From contig NC_134031.1 of assembly GCF_964204645.1 (NCBI RefSeq), positions 12,154,088 to 12,218,087 on the forward strand: DNA of 64,000 nucleotides, in the 5' to 3' direction. Below the pieces are notes generated by a model. It saw only the letters and a program-made list of their open reading frames with translations, was not told the origin of the DNA and ran no database searches. This document shows positions 11,567 through 24,442 of the stretch, piece by piece. Each line of letters starts with the position of its first letter. Position 1 is the stretch's first letter. The stretch comes from Tubulanus polymorphus. Its lineage: Eukaryota; Animalia; Nemertea. The translations under genes and the position numbers were made by a program.

Positions 11567-14399
11567 AAAATGATTTGAAGTGGATTTGAAAAAATTAAAT
11601 TTGAAAAAAAAATTGAAAGCCTCCTCCCATGATCTTTAAATAGGTATACTGTGTAAACCAAGCTATTAAAAGAAGGCTCCTTAGTGCTAGTGCCTGAATC
11701 TGTGCCTGTATCCTGTATCCCCAGATGACCGTTAGATGGCTGGCGTACCAGTGCGACAACTCCGTCCAAATCTAGTACATTTTCAATGAACATTCATCTA
11801 GATTTTTAGCCTCCCTCATCAGAAATTAGCAAATCACTCCTCTTGATTAACTCAGATGATCTTTAGGTTCATATATAGGGTGAATTTTACTAATCACCAT
11901 TCAAAGAATTTGAGAAATTATGGATAGATTTCAATTGAATCTGAGAAGAAATCACTTCCGCGATTGCTTAACCCCTTCTCATTTACCACATAACCTGTGA
12001 GCAAAATTACGATAGAATAATCTTTTGGGCCACATATCTGGCAAAGCTATCTTGTAGGGAATAATAGAAAAATTTAGAATTGAGACTGTGTTTAATGTTT
12101 TACGAGAATGGTATTTCAATTTAAGTTTACCGTGAAAATTAGAAGCGATGGCGACTACTAACTTTCAAAACATTTTACTACCATTGGTATGGTCATAGAC
12201 GTCAATCAATGCTAACACATAACAGGTCCCATTGCCTTGAAACCTTGTTTATGATGTTATGCACTGATGTATGTATAACCAAGTGACATCACCATTATTG
12301 GCAAAAACTTCTTTTCGCATTTTTGTTAAAGAACCAAAACCAAATGTTTCAAATCATTTATTCTTATTAGTATGGGAGTGACATTTTAACGAAACATAAG
12401 CAATTTTTACCTGCATGTTTTATCTTTCTTTGTAGAAAGGCAGACAGAGTGAGACCTAATTTTTTCGCCTAAAACAGGAAATAAAACAAGTCCCGGAACT
12501 CTTAATGCAGAAGATTAAAAGCCACAGCCATAACACCTTGGGATTAAATACACCTGCCTGCACAGTCGTTTAAAGGGATTTTGAAAATAAGAAGCAAGGT
12601 ATACTTTTTTTTTCTTTTTCACGTTTTTGGAAATGGTCCTGATTACTTTCTAAACATACAATCAAACCGTGATATACTGTGTGGCCATAGCTTAAAACGC
12701 TGAAAAGAATTTCAACTCCAATTCATCACACAACTCATCAAACTATTTTTGCAGAATGTGTGAGTAACTAAAAAGCCCCTTTAGTAAATGACACGCATTC
12801 CTCTGTTGGGAATCAGCAGGCATCAGGTATGGACCATTTTCATCTATATACACATATCTATAATATATATTAAGGAATCAAATCATAACTCGAATTTTGT
12901 GTTTGCTTTGCATGCATGATTATCCTCCATGCATCCCCAAAACAAACCTTCCTCGTGCTGATGGGCTGATACATGTATGAATAATTTGCCACAGGCAAAG
13001 TGGTTTAGAAGAACGCACAATTATACATGTATTCATTTTTATTTCCACTTGCGTCGTGGCTGCTAGTTTTGGTTTAGATATGTCCAGAAAACTATAAGGG
13101 CTCTGGGAAGCATGACACAAAATCTATTATTGGCTGTGTTTTAGCAATTCTTTGTATTTAGCATGAAAATCCATGAAGCCAATGAAACAGTTCCAAAATT
13201 CTTATATTAGGCCTACTAGCTCATTTTCTTCCTGATGAATGTGGCAATATTTTCCTATAGGTTTAGATTTTGTTCAATGCTCTATCCAATCATTCCAGCC
13301 ATGAATGCAGAGAGGCCTAGATGATGAGACAGCACAAATACTCATCAGAAAGTGACAAACAATGATTTACTGACTTTCTAAAATTGCAATATAATATATT
13401 TCTAAAACAAATAAACGTTGAATATTTTATCATACGGGAGTCTCCTACAATTTTGAGGTCTCTGAAAAATTTGAAGCTCAAACATTCCGAACTGAATATT
13501 TTCTGAAAATAGATCAAAATTTAGTTTAAAAACAGAAAATTTCAAAACTTGATTGACCTTGACTAAGTTATATAATATTTTAAGGTTACCTTAAAATATT
13601 AATGTAAGTATCCATCGACGAAGTATCTAACGAAATTAAAAGAGGAGCACACTTATTTGAGGTTGCCACATAAATAGTTCAAATGACTATCCATGACAAT
13701 AAAGCGTTCCTAATAAAGCTTATTTCAATTAAAAACTTCTTAATTAGGAACAGACAGCGTATGACAGTATTTATAATACGCGCTAGGAGATCGCAGTAGT
13801 AGTGCTACGCGCGGTTATACGTGAAAACAGAGTATACATACACTTTGCCATGCACTGCGGTGTGTATGTACGTACGTTAGATATATGGATTACATACCAG
13901 CTGATTTACGTAGTGCGCGGATTTTAACGTGTATGCGCTGTTACGCGAAGAATGCCAATATACCGCAAAAACATCGGCAAACACACTAATCAGCCTACGG
14001 CAATAGCAAATGAAAAAGCGCACACAACTGTGTGGAACCAATTAACTCTCATATCAACAAAAACGACGCGAAACATTTGTCGACTGCCTCTCTCCAAAAT
14101 CGCCGGCTCTCGGACTAGCGCCATCGTCTATTACTCTTTCAAAGAAAGAATATATTTTGTACGAGTCGGTCAAAATAAGACAATGACAAGACAAAGCCAA
14201 GCTAGGACTATAGAAATTGCCACACTTACTAAGTTCGAGATACTAAATTAGATAGCCGACTCCATTATAATCCTCACAACCGAACAAACTAACAGCGAAC
14301 TAAGCTCGGCACAAATATAAAATGAATTGCTCGCCATTTTGTGACTCCCAAAATTTCGTCAGACGTGCAGAAATTCCTGGAAATTCTGAGAATTTCCCG

Positions 14400-14830
14400 T
14401 ATTCACGTCGATTCGGGTAGATGAATCAAGTGTCTTCAAAATCTCCCTTGAAAATTGTATCAGCCCTGAGTGGCCATAATTGAATCCTATCGACCCAATT
14501 TTAGATAGGGTTCTGCAAACAAATATCCCCTATTTGTGTACCAAGTTTGAAAAAAATTGGTCGACGACAACAGCTTCTAGGCTGTTAACATCGTTCCTCC
14601 GGCCCGCCTCCTGGTGGCCATAACTGAATCAATATTGTAGTGCATGCCTCTCTCAACTTAAGTTAAGTTGGGGCCAATACAAATTGTGAAAACTGAGGAA
14701 AACAAAAATGACCAAGCAGTTAGTTGGCCATCTCGATTCTGAAATGAGCGTGTTTTTTGGCTGAGGATGTGTTAAGGGTGTACATGTCACCAAATATCAA
14801 TCTAATTCACCGAGGCGTCTTCTAAATTTT
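14400..14830. repeat. Fragments of Helentron/DINE-like repeats
   Basis: GTGGCCATAATTGAATC...TGTGTACCAAGTTTG and GGCCATCTCGATTCTGA...TTTTTGGCTGAGGATGTG resemble the body of the 2058-3460 family. Confidence 0.5.
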
Positions 14831-15099
14831 GCAAAATCTGACTACAGGCAGATTGACAAAGGGAGAGACAATGGATAAGTGAAGGCACTAGTTGGGAAGT
14901 CCCAAGTTGGCCAAAATTCTGTGTACATTTTTTATTTTGGCCCGCTATGTGATGAATAACACAGTTGGTAGTATAGTTCATTTAGATGACAAGGGACAAC
15001 ATGGTTGGCAAATTGTAAGATTAACAAACCTCTCCCAACATATCTCAAAAGGCTTCGTGATGATACTGTTTTGAAATTCAGTGACACACAAATTCAGTA

Positions 15100-15870
15100 A
15101 AGGTTATCAATAATGGCAATTCAAAATGTCATCCAATAGTTCCAGTTCTGAACTTCACATGATCGAATGCCTCTCGAAAGCAGATGAATACCAGAAATAC
15201 CAACTAGTATTCTTCCGCGCTTTCACTCAGTTCTTCAATATTGCAGTCACAATAGCAGTAATCACGCGGATCAGCAGTTGGCAGTTATGCCCTCTCGACT
15301 GAAGATCAAATAAAGTGTTCAACTCCCGAGAACAGTTCTCCAAAATTTTCTGTAAAAACAAAACTATGTCTCTGTTCGTAACTGTGGAAACTCCATATTC
15401 AGTGACAAGAACTTCCTATGCACCTTTAATGGAATTGGTACTGTCAGCAGAGGTTCTCAGGCGAAACATCCGATATTCAAACGTCGTAAATGAACACTTC
15501 TATTACACTAATTGACGAAACAACATGATCCTGAGGCATCTGAAATAACCAAACCCAATCGGATCAGTTGCCTTGTCACTAAATTGAGATTTAGTTAAAT
15601 TAAATTAAAGTTTATGAAACTCAAGCTGTACCAATAAGACTGTGTTAGAGCGATAACAGGTTTTCTGCACAGCCTTGTTTGTATTCTTGATCTTGTCTGG
15701 ATATTGTGTCGATGTATGCCGACGCAGCCGCACCATGCTATTGAAAATGCAGGGAATTTAGAATCATGTTGAACAGCCAACACAGTTTTATAAAAGGCGG
15801 GTCTACAAACAGTACTAAACAAGCACTAAACAAGCTATTAGGAAATGGTATTGTGATGGGCCGGATTTAT
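15100..15870 (+). mobile_element. Highly degenerate LINE remnant related to the fragment at 1400-1660
   Basis: GCGATAACAGGTTTTCTGCACAG and GCTATTAGGAAATGGTAT mirror 1397-1420 and 1492-1510. Confidence 0.45.
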
Positions 15871-15929
15871 CATAGTCCGGTCCGTCGTAGCCTACAATTT
15901 AGTGTTGGAGTCAATGCACCTCAATATAG

Positions 15930-16102
15930 TGTTACCGGGTGATACCGGAAGTGGTTCTCTCTTGTTACGGGAATAAATAGAACCAGGTTAAGTGATTTTG
16001 TTTGTTAGCGTTATCTATATTGTAATCCGTCTCTTTTACAGGATTTCTTTTGTGCCCTATTGTTACCAAAAGATAGGGGCGAAACCATTACATTGGTGTC
16101 AG
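15930..16102 (+). mobile_element. Probable Gypsy-type 5' LTR followed by a primer-binding site
   Basis: TGTTAC...AATAAA...ATTACA (15930-16092) is followed immediately by T-TGGTGTCAG. No partner LTR was found. Confidence 0.5.
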
Positions 16103-16412
16103 TCGCCATTTGTGGTTTTGTAGCTATATTTTTGTTAAGCTTCACTAAATTGTTTATTTTAGTGCCCCCGCTGGCCCTAAAGGAACAAAAATAGACCAGT
16201 AGTATTTCACCCGATACATGCTGTGATATATCTTATAACCGTTTTGTGAACTAACTTTATAATTTGTGTAATCCCATTTCTTTTTTTGTGTTGTTGGGAC
16301 ATTAAGCTAGGCTTTCTCCATTTCATTTCATCATAATACCTATCCTAAATAGAGCCAATAAAAATGTCATCCCCTACAGACCCAAACGTGCCTACTAGTA
16401 GTATACAAAATA

Positions 16413-16618
16413 GCAGCCCACCCCCACCTGGTATACCGTGTACCCTCTCAAAGCCTTTTTCTCTACCCAAATACCCTAAGGAAAACACCCCAAGGGACCG
16501 ACCGCGGTTCTGGCGCAGCCCGACCCCACCCGGTATACTGTGTACCCTCTCAGAGCTTCTTATTCTCTACCCAAATACCCTAAGGAAAACACCCCAAGGG
16601 ACTGACCATGGTTCTGGA
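16413..16618. repeat. Two tandem copies of a ~100-bp unit
   Basis: CAGCCC.CCCCACC.GGTATAC.GTGTACCCTCTCA...TCTCTACCCAAATACCCTAAGGAAAACACCCCAAGGGAC.GACC..GGTTCTGG occurs twice. Confidence 0.9.
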
Positions 16619-16790
16619 GGAAAACATGCCAAGGGGCCGGCAAAGCCCCTCCGGCCCATATAAACCGACCGCTATAATGCTCCTACAACAAAGTGCTATT
16701 TACATAGATATTTACAGTATATACAAGTATGTGAAACGCTCTGACCTGGAATTCACCTCTACACTGACTCTATTAGCGGTGTGCTGCGAC

Positions 16791-17021
16791 CAGGGCCACC
16801 TTCGGATTTCGTAGCTAGTCGACAAGTGGTCGGAACTAATAACCGAACACACCATAGTTCGGTCATAACGTATTTCATAGTGTCGGCCATCTTGAACCTA
16901 GGTCCGAACTGTAGCGACCGTGCTCAATTGCGTGGTCGACCATTTCCGGACTATAGTTCCGACCAACGGACACTCGGTTTCATTTAGTTCGACTATAGTC
17001 GACTAACCGAAAGTGACCCTG
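16791..17021. mobile_element. 231-bp MITE (hAT-like)
   Basis: TIR CAGGGCCACCTTCGG / CCGAAAGTGACCCTG (13/15 match), with internal GTCGAC/CCGAAC subrepeats. Flanks GCTGCGAC / ATTGCGAA may be a decayed 8-bp TSD. Confidence 0.65.
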
Positions 17022-17209
17022 ATTGCGAAATAGCCTAGAAAGTTCTATGCCGACGCAAAAGCCAGCAAACAACCGAGACATCGGCAGGCAACCATGGCCA
17101 TGTCCCTCGGACATAGCCGGGCCCGGCTAACACTCAGCGTGCGCCGACTTTCGACGAGGGGCCCCAAAAATTTCCATTTAGAGACATACATTTCTCATGC
17201 AAAAGCAAA

Positions 17210-20200
17210 ATGGACAACGCGGTAAAAAGTCTGACCGATTTACTTTGAGACGGGCAGATTACTGTCGCAACATATGCCGATGCCATCAACCAGTTGACCC
17301 GCAGACCGACGCCTGCTCCGAGAAAGCCAAAAACCACCCCCAGAAAACCCAAGTACGAGGTAGAAAACATTATACCTGATGATGATCCAATTTGGGATGA
17401 GATTCTACCGGAGCCAGAACCCGTGTTTCATAGGGCCCCGTTTGCTATCCAAAATTATCTGAGGGCCTGGGTTCTGAGACCAGCCACCGATGTGACTGAT
17501 CCGTTAATATTCTTGCGCGATCAACGGGTCAATGTAAGGAAGAAGTTAGTCGAGGAGATTATCGCGGGTTTCGTTGCGGAAGGAGAAGAACGACGGCACG
17601 GATGCGCACGTCGAGCCGCCCCTCTGGTCGGAGCAATTTGTTCTATTGAAAGCGGCTGATATAAATGAGGAGTTGGGTAAAGCTGAAGCAAGGGTTTCAT
17701 AGAGTATTGAGAATTATATGAGAGAAGGTTCTGGATGGGCTGTAGAGAGGGTAGTCGAACTATTCCATCGCCAGATATCAACCGTTGAGAGGCGGTTTTT
17801 ATATCGACCTCCCCGTCTCAGTCAAGAAAAAAACACGCCGTCGTAAATGTCAAAAATAGAGATGATCAATGCCTTAAGTGGTCAATACTGGCCTCGAAAT
17901 ACCCCGTAGAGACCCCCAGAGGTCATCGAAGTATGTGCATCACGGACCAGCTTGACTTTACAGGCATTGATTCACCAACACCATTGAGTCAGATTCCTAT
18001 GGTCGAACGACAAAATGGACTGGCAATCGACCTGTTAGGATATGACAAAGGCGCGTACCCTCTGCATATCAGCCCGGCCCCCATTCCTAGAAATAACTTG
18101 CTTCTCGTAGAGAGTGGTGAGAAACAGCAATTCACATGGATCAAAGACCTCAATTGCCTGTTGTTCACCCAGAGTAAGTTTGAAGGGAGGAAACACTTCT
18201 GCGAGCGGTGCCTTCATTATTTCACCAGAGAAGATCTCCTGGAAAGACACAGGTCAGATTATCAAGGAGTTAACGGACGTCCGATGCGTACCAGTATGCC
18301 CTCGGAGGAGGACTAAGTGCTGCGGTTCATTAATCATTACAAGTAGCTCAAGATTCCGTTACTCATCTACGCTGACTTCGAAGCCATTACAACCAAATTC
18401 GAGGGGCCCGGAAGGAACCCAACTTCACAAGGCGTGCGGGTTCTCGTACGTGGTAGTGAGAAGCGACGAACACGAACCACCCGTCCTTAATAGAGGGCAG
18501 GACGCTGCCGTGGTATTCCTTCAGCGCCTCCAAGGGGAAGAGAAGAAAACAAGTGCGTGCTTACCCACCCCGTGCCTACTCAGGAGGAGCAAACGTCATT
18601 CGGGGAGGCGGAAAATTGCTACGTATGCGACAAACCACTCTATGAGGATCGAGTCAGGGATCATGATCACATAACGGGTGACTACTGGGGCCCGGCCCAC
18701 AATGAGTGCAACCTCAATTTGCGACTATCCGCGAGATACACGCCTATACCGGTCGTGTTTCACAACCTCCACAGTTACGACTCTCATCTCATCATACAGG
18801 CAATCAGTTGGACTGAGGGAAAGATAACGTGCATCCCGAATGACATGGAGAAGTACATCTCATTCAGTCTTGGTAATTTGCGGTTCATCGATTCTGTTCA
18901 GTTCTTGCTGGCCCCACTTGACAGACTGGTTGCCTCAGCCGCTAAGGAGAGCTTTACGTTAACAGCTGCGGCTGAACCGGTACCTGAAAAACTAGAGCTG
19001 TTACTGAGAAAGGGCGTATACCGGTACGAGTACATTGACAGTTGGGAGAAATTTGACGTTACCCAGCTTCCATCAAAAGGAGCCTTCTACAGCAAGCTAT
19101 CAGAGGCGGGAATCAGCAATCAATGCCCACGTGCAAAACGTATGGGCCATGTTTCAGTGCCGTACTATGGGTGACTACCACGACCTCTGAGGACCGACAC
19201 GGTTCTTCTCGCCGATGTATTTGAGAATTTCAGGGCCACTTGCATGAGGCAGTACGGCTTAGATCCCACAGTATTACACCAGCCGGGTCTCAGCTGGGAC
19301 GCTCTACTTAAGAAAACGGAGGTTAAACTAGTTCTAAACGGCCAGTTCTTATTCGTCGAAAAGGGTCTGTGAGGTGGCATTTCCATGGTCAGCAAACGCC
19401 ACTCCAGGGCCAACAATCCTTTGGTTCCCGGTCACGATCCAAAGAAGCCAACGACACACATAATGTACCTTGACGCGAATAACTTATATGGCTGGACTAT
19501 GTCGCAACACCTGCCTGCGAGAGGATTAGCGTGGGTTGAAAGGCCACAGGAACTCAATGTATCGGACCATCCAGATGACGCAGAGGAAGGCTACATCCTC
19601 GAGGTAGACTTGGGGGCTGCACGACACGCACAACAAGTACCCACTGGCACAGGAAAGGCTAAAGGTTCAAGAAGCTTGGATGTCGAAGTACCAGCAAGAT
19701 CTGTTAGGAGGACTGGGGGGTTCGACCAAAACGGAAAAACTGGTGCCTAATCTCCGCAACAAGGAGAGAAACGTCGTTCATTACAGGAACCTTAAGTTGT
19801 ACCTGGAGCTAGGACTGAAGCTCACAAAGATTCATCGCACCCTCAAATTCGACCAATCACCGTGGATGAAGCCGTATATAAGACGGAACATTGAACTGAG
19901 AAAGCGAGCAAACAGCGACTTCGAGAAGGACCTGTACAAGCTGATGAATAACTCCATATTCGGCAAGACCATGGAAAATCTTAGACGCAGGGTGGACGTG
20001 AAACCTGTCAGATCAAACGAGGAAGACAGGCTGAGGAAATTGATAGCCAAGCCTAACTTCACTAGGTCCACGCTGCACATGTACACGACTAATCTGTACC
20101 TGAATAGGCCCGTTTACGTAGGGATGTCTGTGCTCGATCTCAGCTAGCTGCTGATGTATGACTTCTACTACAACCACATGAAACAGGTATACAGCGATCG

Positions 20201-20704
20201 GGCTCAATTGCTGTACACTGACACCGACAGTCTCCTACAAGAAATCGAGATGGACGACATCTACGAAGACATAGAATCGAACAAAGACCTTTATGATTAG
20301 CGATTACCCGGGAAATCACCCGCTACATAGCAACGTCAACAAGAAGGTTCCAGGTAAGATGAAAGACGAGTGCGCAGATACATCCTTCCAGGAGTACCCC
20401 GGGCTCAGACCGAAGATGTACAGCGTCGATCAGACTGAGATCAAGAAGGCCAAGGGTGTGAAAAAGAACGTGGTGAAGAAACATATCCGCCACCAGCAAT
20501 ACAAGGAATGTCTGTTCGAAAAGAAGGTCTTCCAGCACGGAATGAATATGCTGAGAAGTGACGGTCACAAAATGTACGAGTCTCAGTCCCTTCGACAGTA
20601 AGAGGTGGATCGCCGACGATTGTATCGCTACGCTCGCTTACGGCCACAAAAATGTTGGTTCTCCGTTGGACGAGTACGTCGAGGAATTGCTCAACGAGCT
20701 TTAG
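17210..20704 (+). pseudogene. polB: Protein-primed family B DNA polymerase (frameshifts and stops)
   Basis: Motifs in order: FCERCLHYF...LERH; IYADFEA; an endonuclease-VII-like CYVC...VRDHDHITG...GPAHNECNL; VVFHNLHSYDSHLI; FIDS; RKGVY.YEY; MYLDANNLYGWTMSQHLP; KLMNNSIFGKTMEN; LLYTDTDS; C-terminal SLSPFDSKRWI...TLAYGH. Confidence 0.93.
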
Positions 20705-20709
20705 ATCGC

Positions 20710-22881
20710 AGGCCGTACCTGCTATTCGAGGGCATAACCGAACACCACTAGGTGTCAAGGCGGATCGACACCACAAGGTTATTACTCACAACTCACGTCC
20801 ATGTCACCAGGGGAAACCCTTTACGTAAGGATTCCCAAACTGCAGGTGAACGCGTTGCTGGTACCCGGAAGCTTGAAACACACGTTCGACCTCAGCAAAG
20901 AGGATCAGGCTAATAAGTTCTTCGTGAACAACATTTCGAGGAACCTTATGGCCAGAATGGTTGACAACCTGGGTGGTGAAATCTTGTCAGATTTGAACTA
21001 CATAGTCTGGGAGCTGGATGAAAGTTAATCAAACTGTTGAGTCCAAAATGTTTGGAGTGTGGGAATTCTAGGGGGTGCATTGCTGATCTCAAAACTATGG
21101 TTCTAAGTTATACATGTGGTGCATAAAACAGGGGGGCTAGGCTAAAAGTCCCTCAAAAACAGGTTCAGTCTAGACTGCTGAGTCCATGCATAATTTGAAT
21201 TGTTAATTAAAGATTTTAATGCTGTTATTATGAAATAATCACTTAAGAAATGTAAATTTGGAATAAGGCTAATTAAGAAGCTGATCAGTTTTGCAAATTA
21301 ATTAGTATAATTAGACTTTAGAGTCCATGCCCAAATTAGGTCTTCCAATTTAGCTCAAAGCATCCTGAAATGGAATATGTTGCTTAAGAACATATTTCGT
21401 GGTTCCTTCTTAATTTAAGAAGAGGTCAAAGGTCGTGACGTAATAACATCGTTTTCACCCTATTATGTTTTCAGGTAATAAATGTTTTAAAAGAAACAAA
21501 TCCATCATTCATTTGCTTTTAGATATCGAGAAACTCGTTACTTTGAGACCTAAATAAAATGAAAGAACAGGTCAGATGGTAATTAAGAAGGCAATCAATT
21601 TTTATTAATCATCAGTTGTAATTAGATTTTTTAGTCCATCTCTCAAACTACAATTAAACTTTAGCTTTGGGTACTAAAAAGCTAAATCTTCAGTTTAAGA
21701 ACAGATTTAATGGTCCTTCTCAATTCAAAGGAGGTAACGGGTTAGTTTTGTTGATAAAATTGCATTTTGCAATCAATGTGCTTTGTTGTTTCCCCTAAAG
21801 ATATTACATGAGTCCATTTAAATCCACTTATGATTACACCATAAAGATATGTTATTTTAGATCAGACTATAGTTTATGGCTCTGCTGCTATATTGTGACA
21901 AAGCATTGCACATGATAATCAATAAACTCCCAGACTAACAGCTTCTTCTTCCAGACTTACAAAGATCTGTGGCTTACGGACAAAAGGGCGAAGTAACATG
22001 ATTCTGGAAGGAATCGGCAGCGAGAACTTGAGGAAACTCAGATCGGATGCCGAAGACGCCTTGAAGACCAACACCAAGGAAATGATTATCAAGTTGGTGT
22101 TTAAGAACAGGTACACCATACCCATCGATTTCGAGCTGTACACGGACCACGGTCCTTTCTATACGTTCCCGATGTTCAACGAGGACTTTGTTAGGGAGAT
22201 CACTTTCAACGAAATCAAGTTCACTGTTAACGGGAGTGCGGAGGCATGGGGATACTCTGTGAAAAATATTGCCCTCGAATACGACACTGTGCATTCGGTG
22301 GTGCTCGCCAGACAGATCGAAGCCAACCTGTCCGTCGGGGTAAGCTTCTTGTACGACTACGTCGCGTTTTTCAGGAGTCAATCCACGGGAACCTCGACAA
22401 TTCTGAACGGTAACGTTAATGTTCCCCGAAGGTCGATGAAGGGCCTGTTGATATTCTTTCAAGTTTGACAACAGGCAGTACGATTCCGAAGCCACCTTGT
22501 TCCATAACCCTAACATCAAGAACGTCGATGTCACGATCGAGGGAATATCTCACACAAAGTGTACAAGCAAGGACTGAAACCTTACCAACAATGGGAAGAG
22601 TGCAGAAGATATCTGATGCCAGAATTGGCCAAAAAAACCGACGATTCGCACATAAACGTTTTCTCGTTCTTCGTGGACGACAGATACGCATTGTGGATCG
22701 ATCTCAGAAGCACAGACGACAACTCGCTTCACGGATCTGGTCTAAGGTTGGTCAACACAAAAGACGGCGTTCAGTTAGCCATCACCCCTACCAGCACAAT
22801 GAGCACACGATGTTCATTTACGTCGTAGCCGACGCCCAAGTAAACATCCAGAACAACCAGTTAAAGGCGATTCTGTTCCAA
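20710..22881 (+). pseudogene. Major capsid protein (Polinton/adintovirus hexon-like, double jelly-roll inferred), split by a MITE at 21003-21937
   Basis: RTPLGVKA...PGETLYVRIPKL...LVPGSLK.TFDL...FVNNISR...GGEILSDLNY [insertion] QTYKDLWLT...EGIGSENLRKLRS...NIALEYDTV...NVPRRSMKGLLIFF...FHNPNIKNVDVTIEG...YALWIDLRSTDDNSLHGSGLRLVNTKDGVQL...YVVADAQVNI. It sits between PolB and the ATPase. Confidence 0.78.
21003..21937. mobile_element. Academ-like non-autonomous DNA transposon
   Basis: TIR TAGTCTGGGAG / CTCCCAGACTA, with a 3-bp TSD ACA (21000-21002 and 21938-21940). It is AT-rich and interrupts the capsid gene. TAG...CTA termini with a 3-bp TSD are typical of Academ. Confidence 0.82.
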
Positions 22882-22893
22882 TGTATAGCGGAG

Positions 22894-23484
22894 ATGGATG
22901 GGCTTTGGTTACAACTCCCGTTCAACATGATTGTGTCGGGCAAATGAACTGCAGAAAAACGCACTATGTCCTCAACCTCCTACAAGCTGTCTATCATGGC
23001 AAATTCCACAGTATAGAGATTTTCTGCCCGACTTTCCTTGAGAACACCCCCTACGATAGATCGTTTGTGATGAAGGACCCCAATATCCTCGTCGTGAACC
23101 CGGATTCGGTGTTAAATGACCTCGACGTCTTGCTTTCCACGTGCGCCAAAGTATACGGCGATCCTCATTGTCAAACTGTTTCTTATAGCCGACTGCGCCA
23201 ACTTGAGGGATACTAAAATCAATTCGTCCAAATTGACCAAACTCGCGTTCTCGGGCCGTCATCTGAATATATCGGTATGGGTGCTCACGCAAAAATACAA
23301 TGCCGTTGTGAAAGATTTCTGAGAAAACCTGAGAATGTTAGTCCTGTACCACCAAAAAGACGAGGATGGTTTGAAGGATGCTCTGTATGAAAACAACATC
23401 GTCCCGAAAACCAAAAAGGAAAGCGTGATCGCGAATCTCGCCGCTAGAAATCAGACCCGTCTCGTCATGCGCCTCGAGTTATAA
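22894..23484 (+). pseudogene. A32/FtsK-like DNA packaging ATPase
   Basis: PFNMIVSG-xNCRKT (decayed Walker A), IEIFCPTF, LFLIADCA (decayed Walker B) and LAFSGRHLNISVWVLTQKY (A32-type motif). Frameshifts and one stop are present. Confidence 0.87.
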
Positions 23485-23519
23485 ATTTCTAAATTTTTGG
23501 TGACTAACATATAGCGAAT

Positions 23520-24050
23520 ATGGACGAAGTCTACGACGAATTACTGAGCGACATTGGGTTGGATGTAGACCCACCCGAAAACGACGAATCAGAAGGGCGC
23601 AGGCAGCCACTTGTCGGGCTTTCTAAAAGCGGATTGCTCGCAAAAATAGGCATCAAGAAATCCGAAGGTCAACTTAAGAAGATGAACTCGAAAGAGCTCG
23701 AATGGGAGATGAACTCGAAAGAGCTCGAACGGGTGTGGACGGAGTACGGAAACCGTTACTCCGCCGCGGTTTCCGACAGTCTGATCAACAGCATTCTCTA
23801 CGGTTATTCTAAGCTCTGCAAGTGGTTCAGACCTAACGTAGACGCAGAACAGCTAAACAAGGAGTTGACTGAAAACTTTGTTATCACCGCCGACATGAAA
23901 AACCAGCTCGACCATCTGGGTAGGATTCTCAAGACTCCAATACTCGCAATCGCGAACGTGGCGGTAATCACCGGGAAGAATATGGCCGATTCTGAGGAAA
24001 GTGACGTGTCCACTTGCCCGCAAGTAACTAGTCCACTTGCCGATAAGTAA
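23520..24050 (+). CDS. Uncharacterised 176-aa viral protein (open frame)
   Basis: Intact ORF MDEVYDELL... directly after the ATPase, preceded by the shared AAATTTT...ATATAG motif. Confidence 0.65.
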   Translation: MDEVYDELLSDIGLDVDPPENDESEGRRQPLVGLSKSGLLAKIGIKKSEGQLKKMNSKELEWEMNSKELERVWTEYGNRYSAAVSDSLINSILYGYSKLCKWFRPNVDAEQLNKELTENFVITADMKNQLDHLGRILKTPILAIANVAVITGKNMADSEESDVSTCPQVTSPLADK

Positions 24051-24070
24051 CTTGTCCACTTTCCCGCAAG
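23999..24070. repeat. Three copies of a 23-bp direct repeat inside the viral element
   Basis: AAGTGACGTGTCCACTTGCCCGC / AAGTAACTAGTCCACTTGCCGAT / AAGTAACTTGTCCACTTTCCCGC. Confidence 0.85.
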
Positions 24071-24098
24071 TCGTATTTTCCTCTCTAGCATATAGGGA

Positions 24099-24417
24099 AT
24101 GAACTTGAACAAGTGGAACAAGTGACGACTAACCCGCATAAACAAAAGTCCCCTGGTAGAGTCGCATGGGCCAAAAAGCTGGCCGAAATTATTAGGCAGC
24201 AGCGAGCCTCGAAGAAAACAGCTGCCCGTGCTGTCCCGACGACGAAAACGAAGCCAAGTCAAAACACCTGCAAATGTGGATCGTGATAGGCGGGTTGTTA
24301 TTGGGCATCGGAGCTCTATAATATGAGAGAATGGCGTTAAACCAAACCCCGAAACCCGAAGAAAACACGGAACCAACACCTGAACCTTTGAATTGTCACC
24401 TTGTGAAGATGACCTAA
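24099..24417 (+). pseudogene. Small basic viral protein with a hydrophobic segment (frameshifted)
   Basis: KQKSPGRVAWAKKLAE... and, in another frame, WIVIGGLLLGIGAL. A KxPGRVxxxKxLAE motif is one I associate with small ORFs of this virus group. Confidence 0.55.
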
Positions 24418-24442
24418 ATTTTCTGGTGATAGATATAGCACG

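Noticed and set aside
11660-11760. Possible tRNA-derived SINE head
   Set aside because: No convincing A/B boxes or cloverleaf.
11290-11793. ORFs within Helentron-like copies (also 2531-2728, 56112-56333, 56662-56985)
   Set aside because: They lie in a non-coding repeat and the frames are not conserved between the three copies.
12900-13330. Coding-like stretch on the minus strand
   Set aside because: Multiple stops and no motif I can assign.
13780-13950. AGTAGTAGT plus CpG-rich segment as a Maverick terminus
   Set aside because: No inverted partner was found near the right end of the virus or elsewhere in the window.
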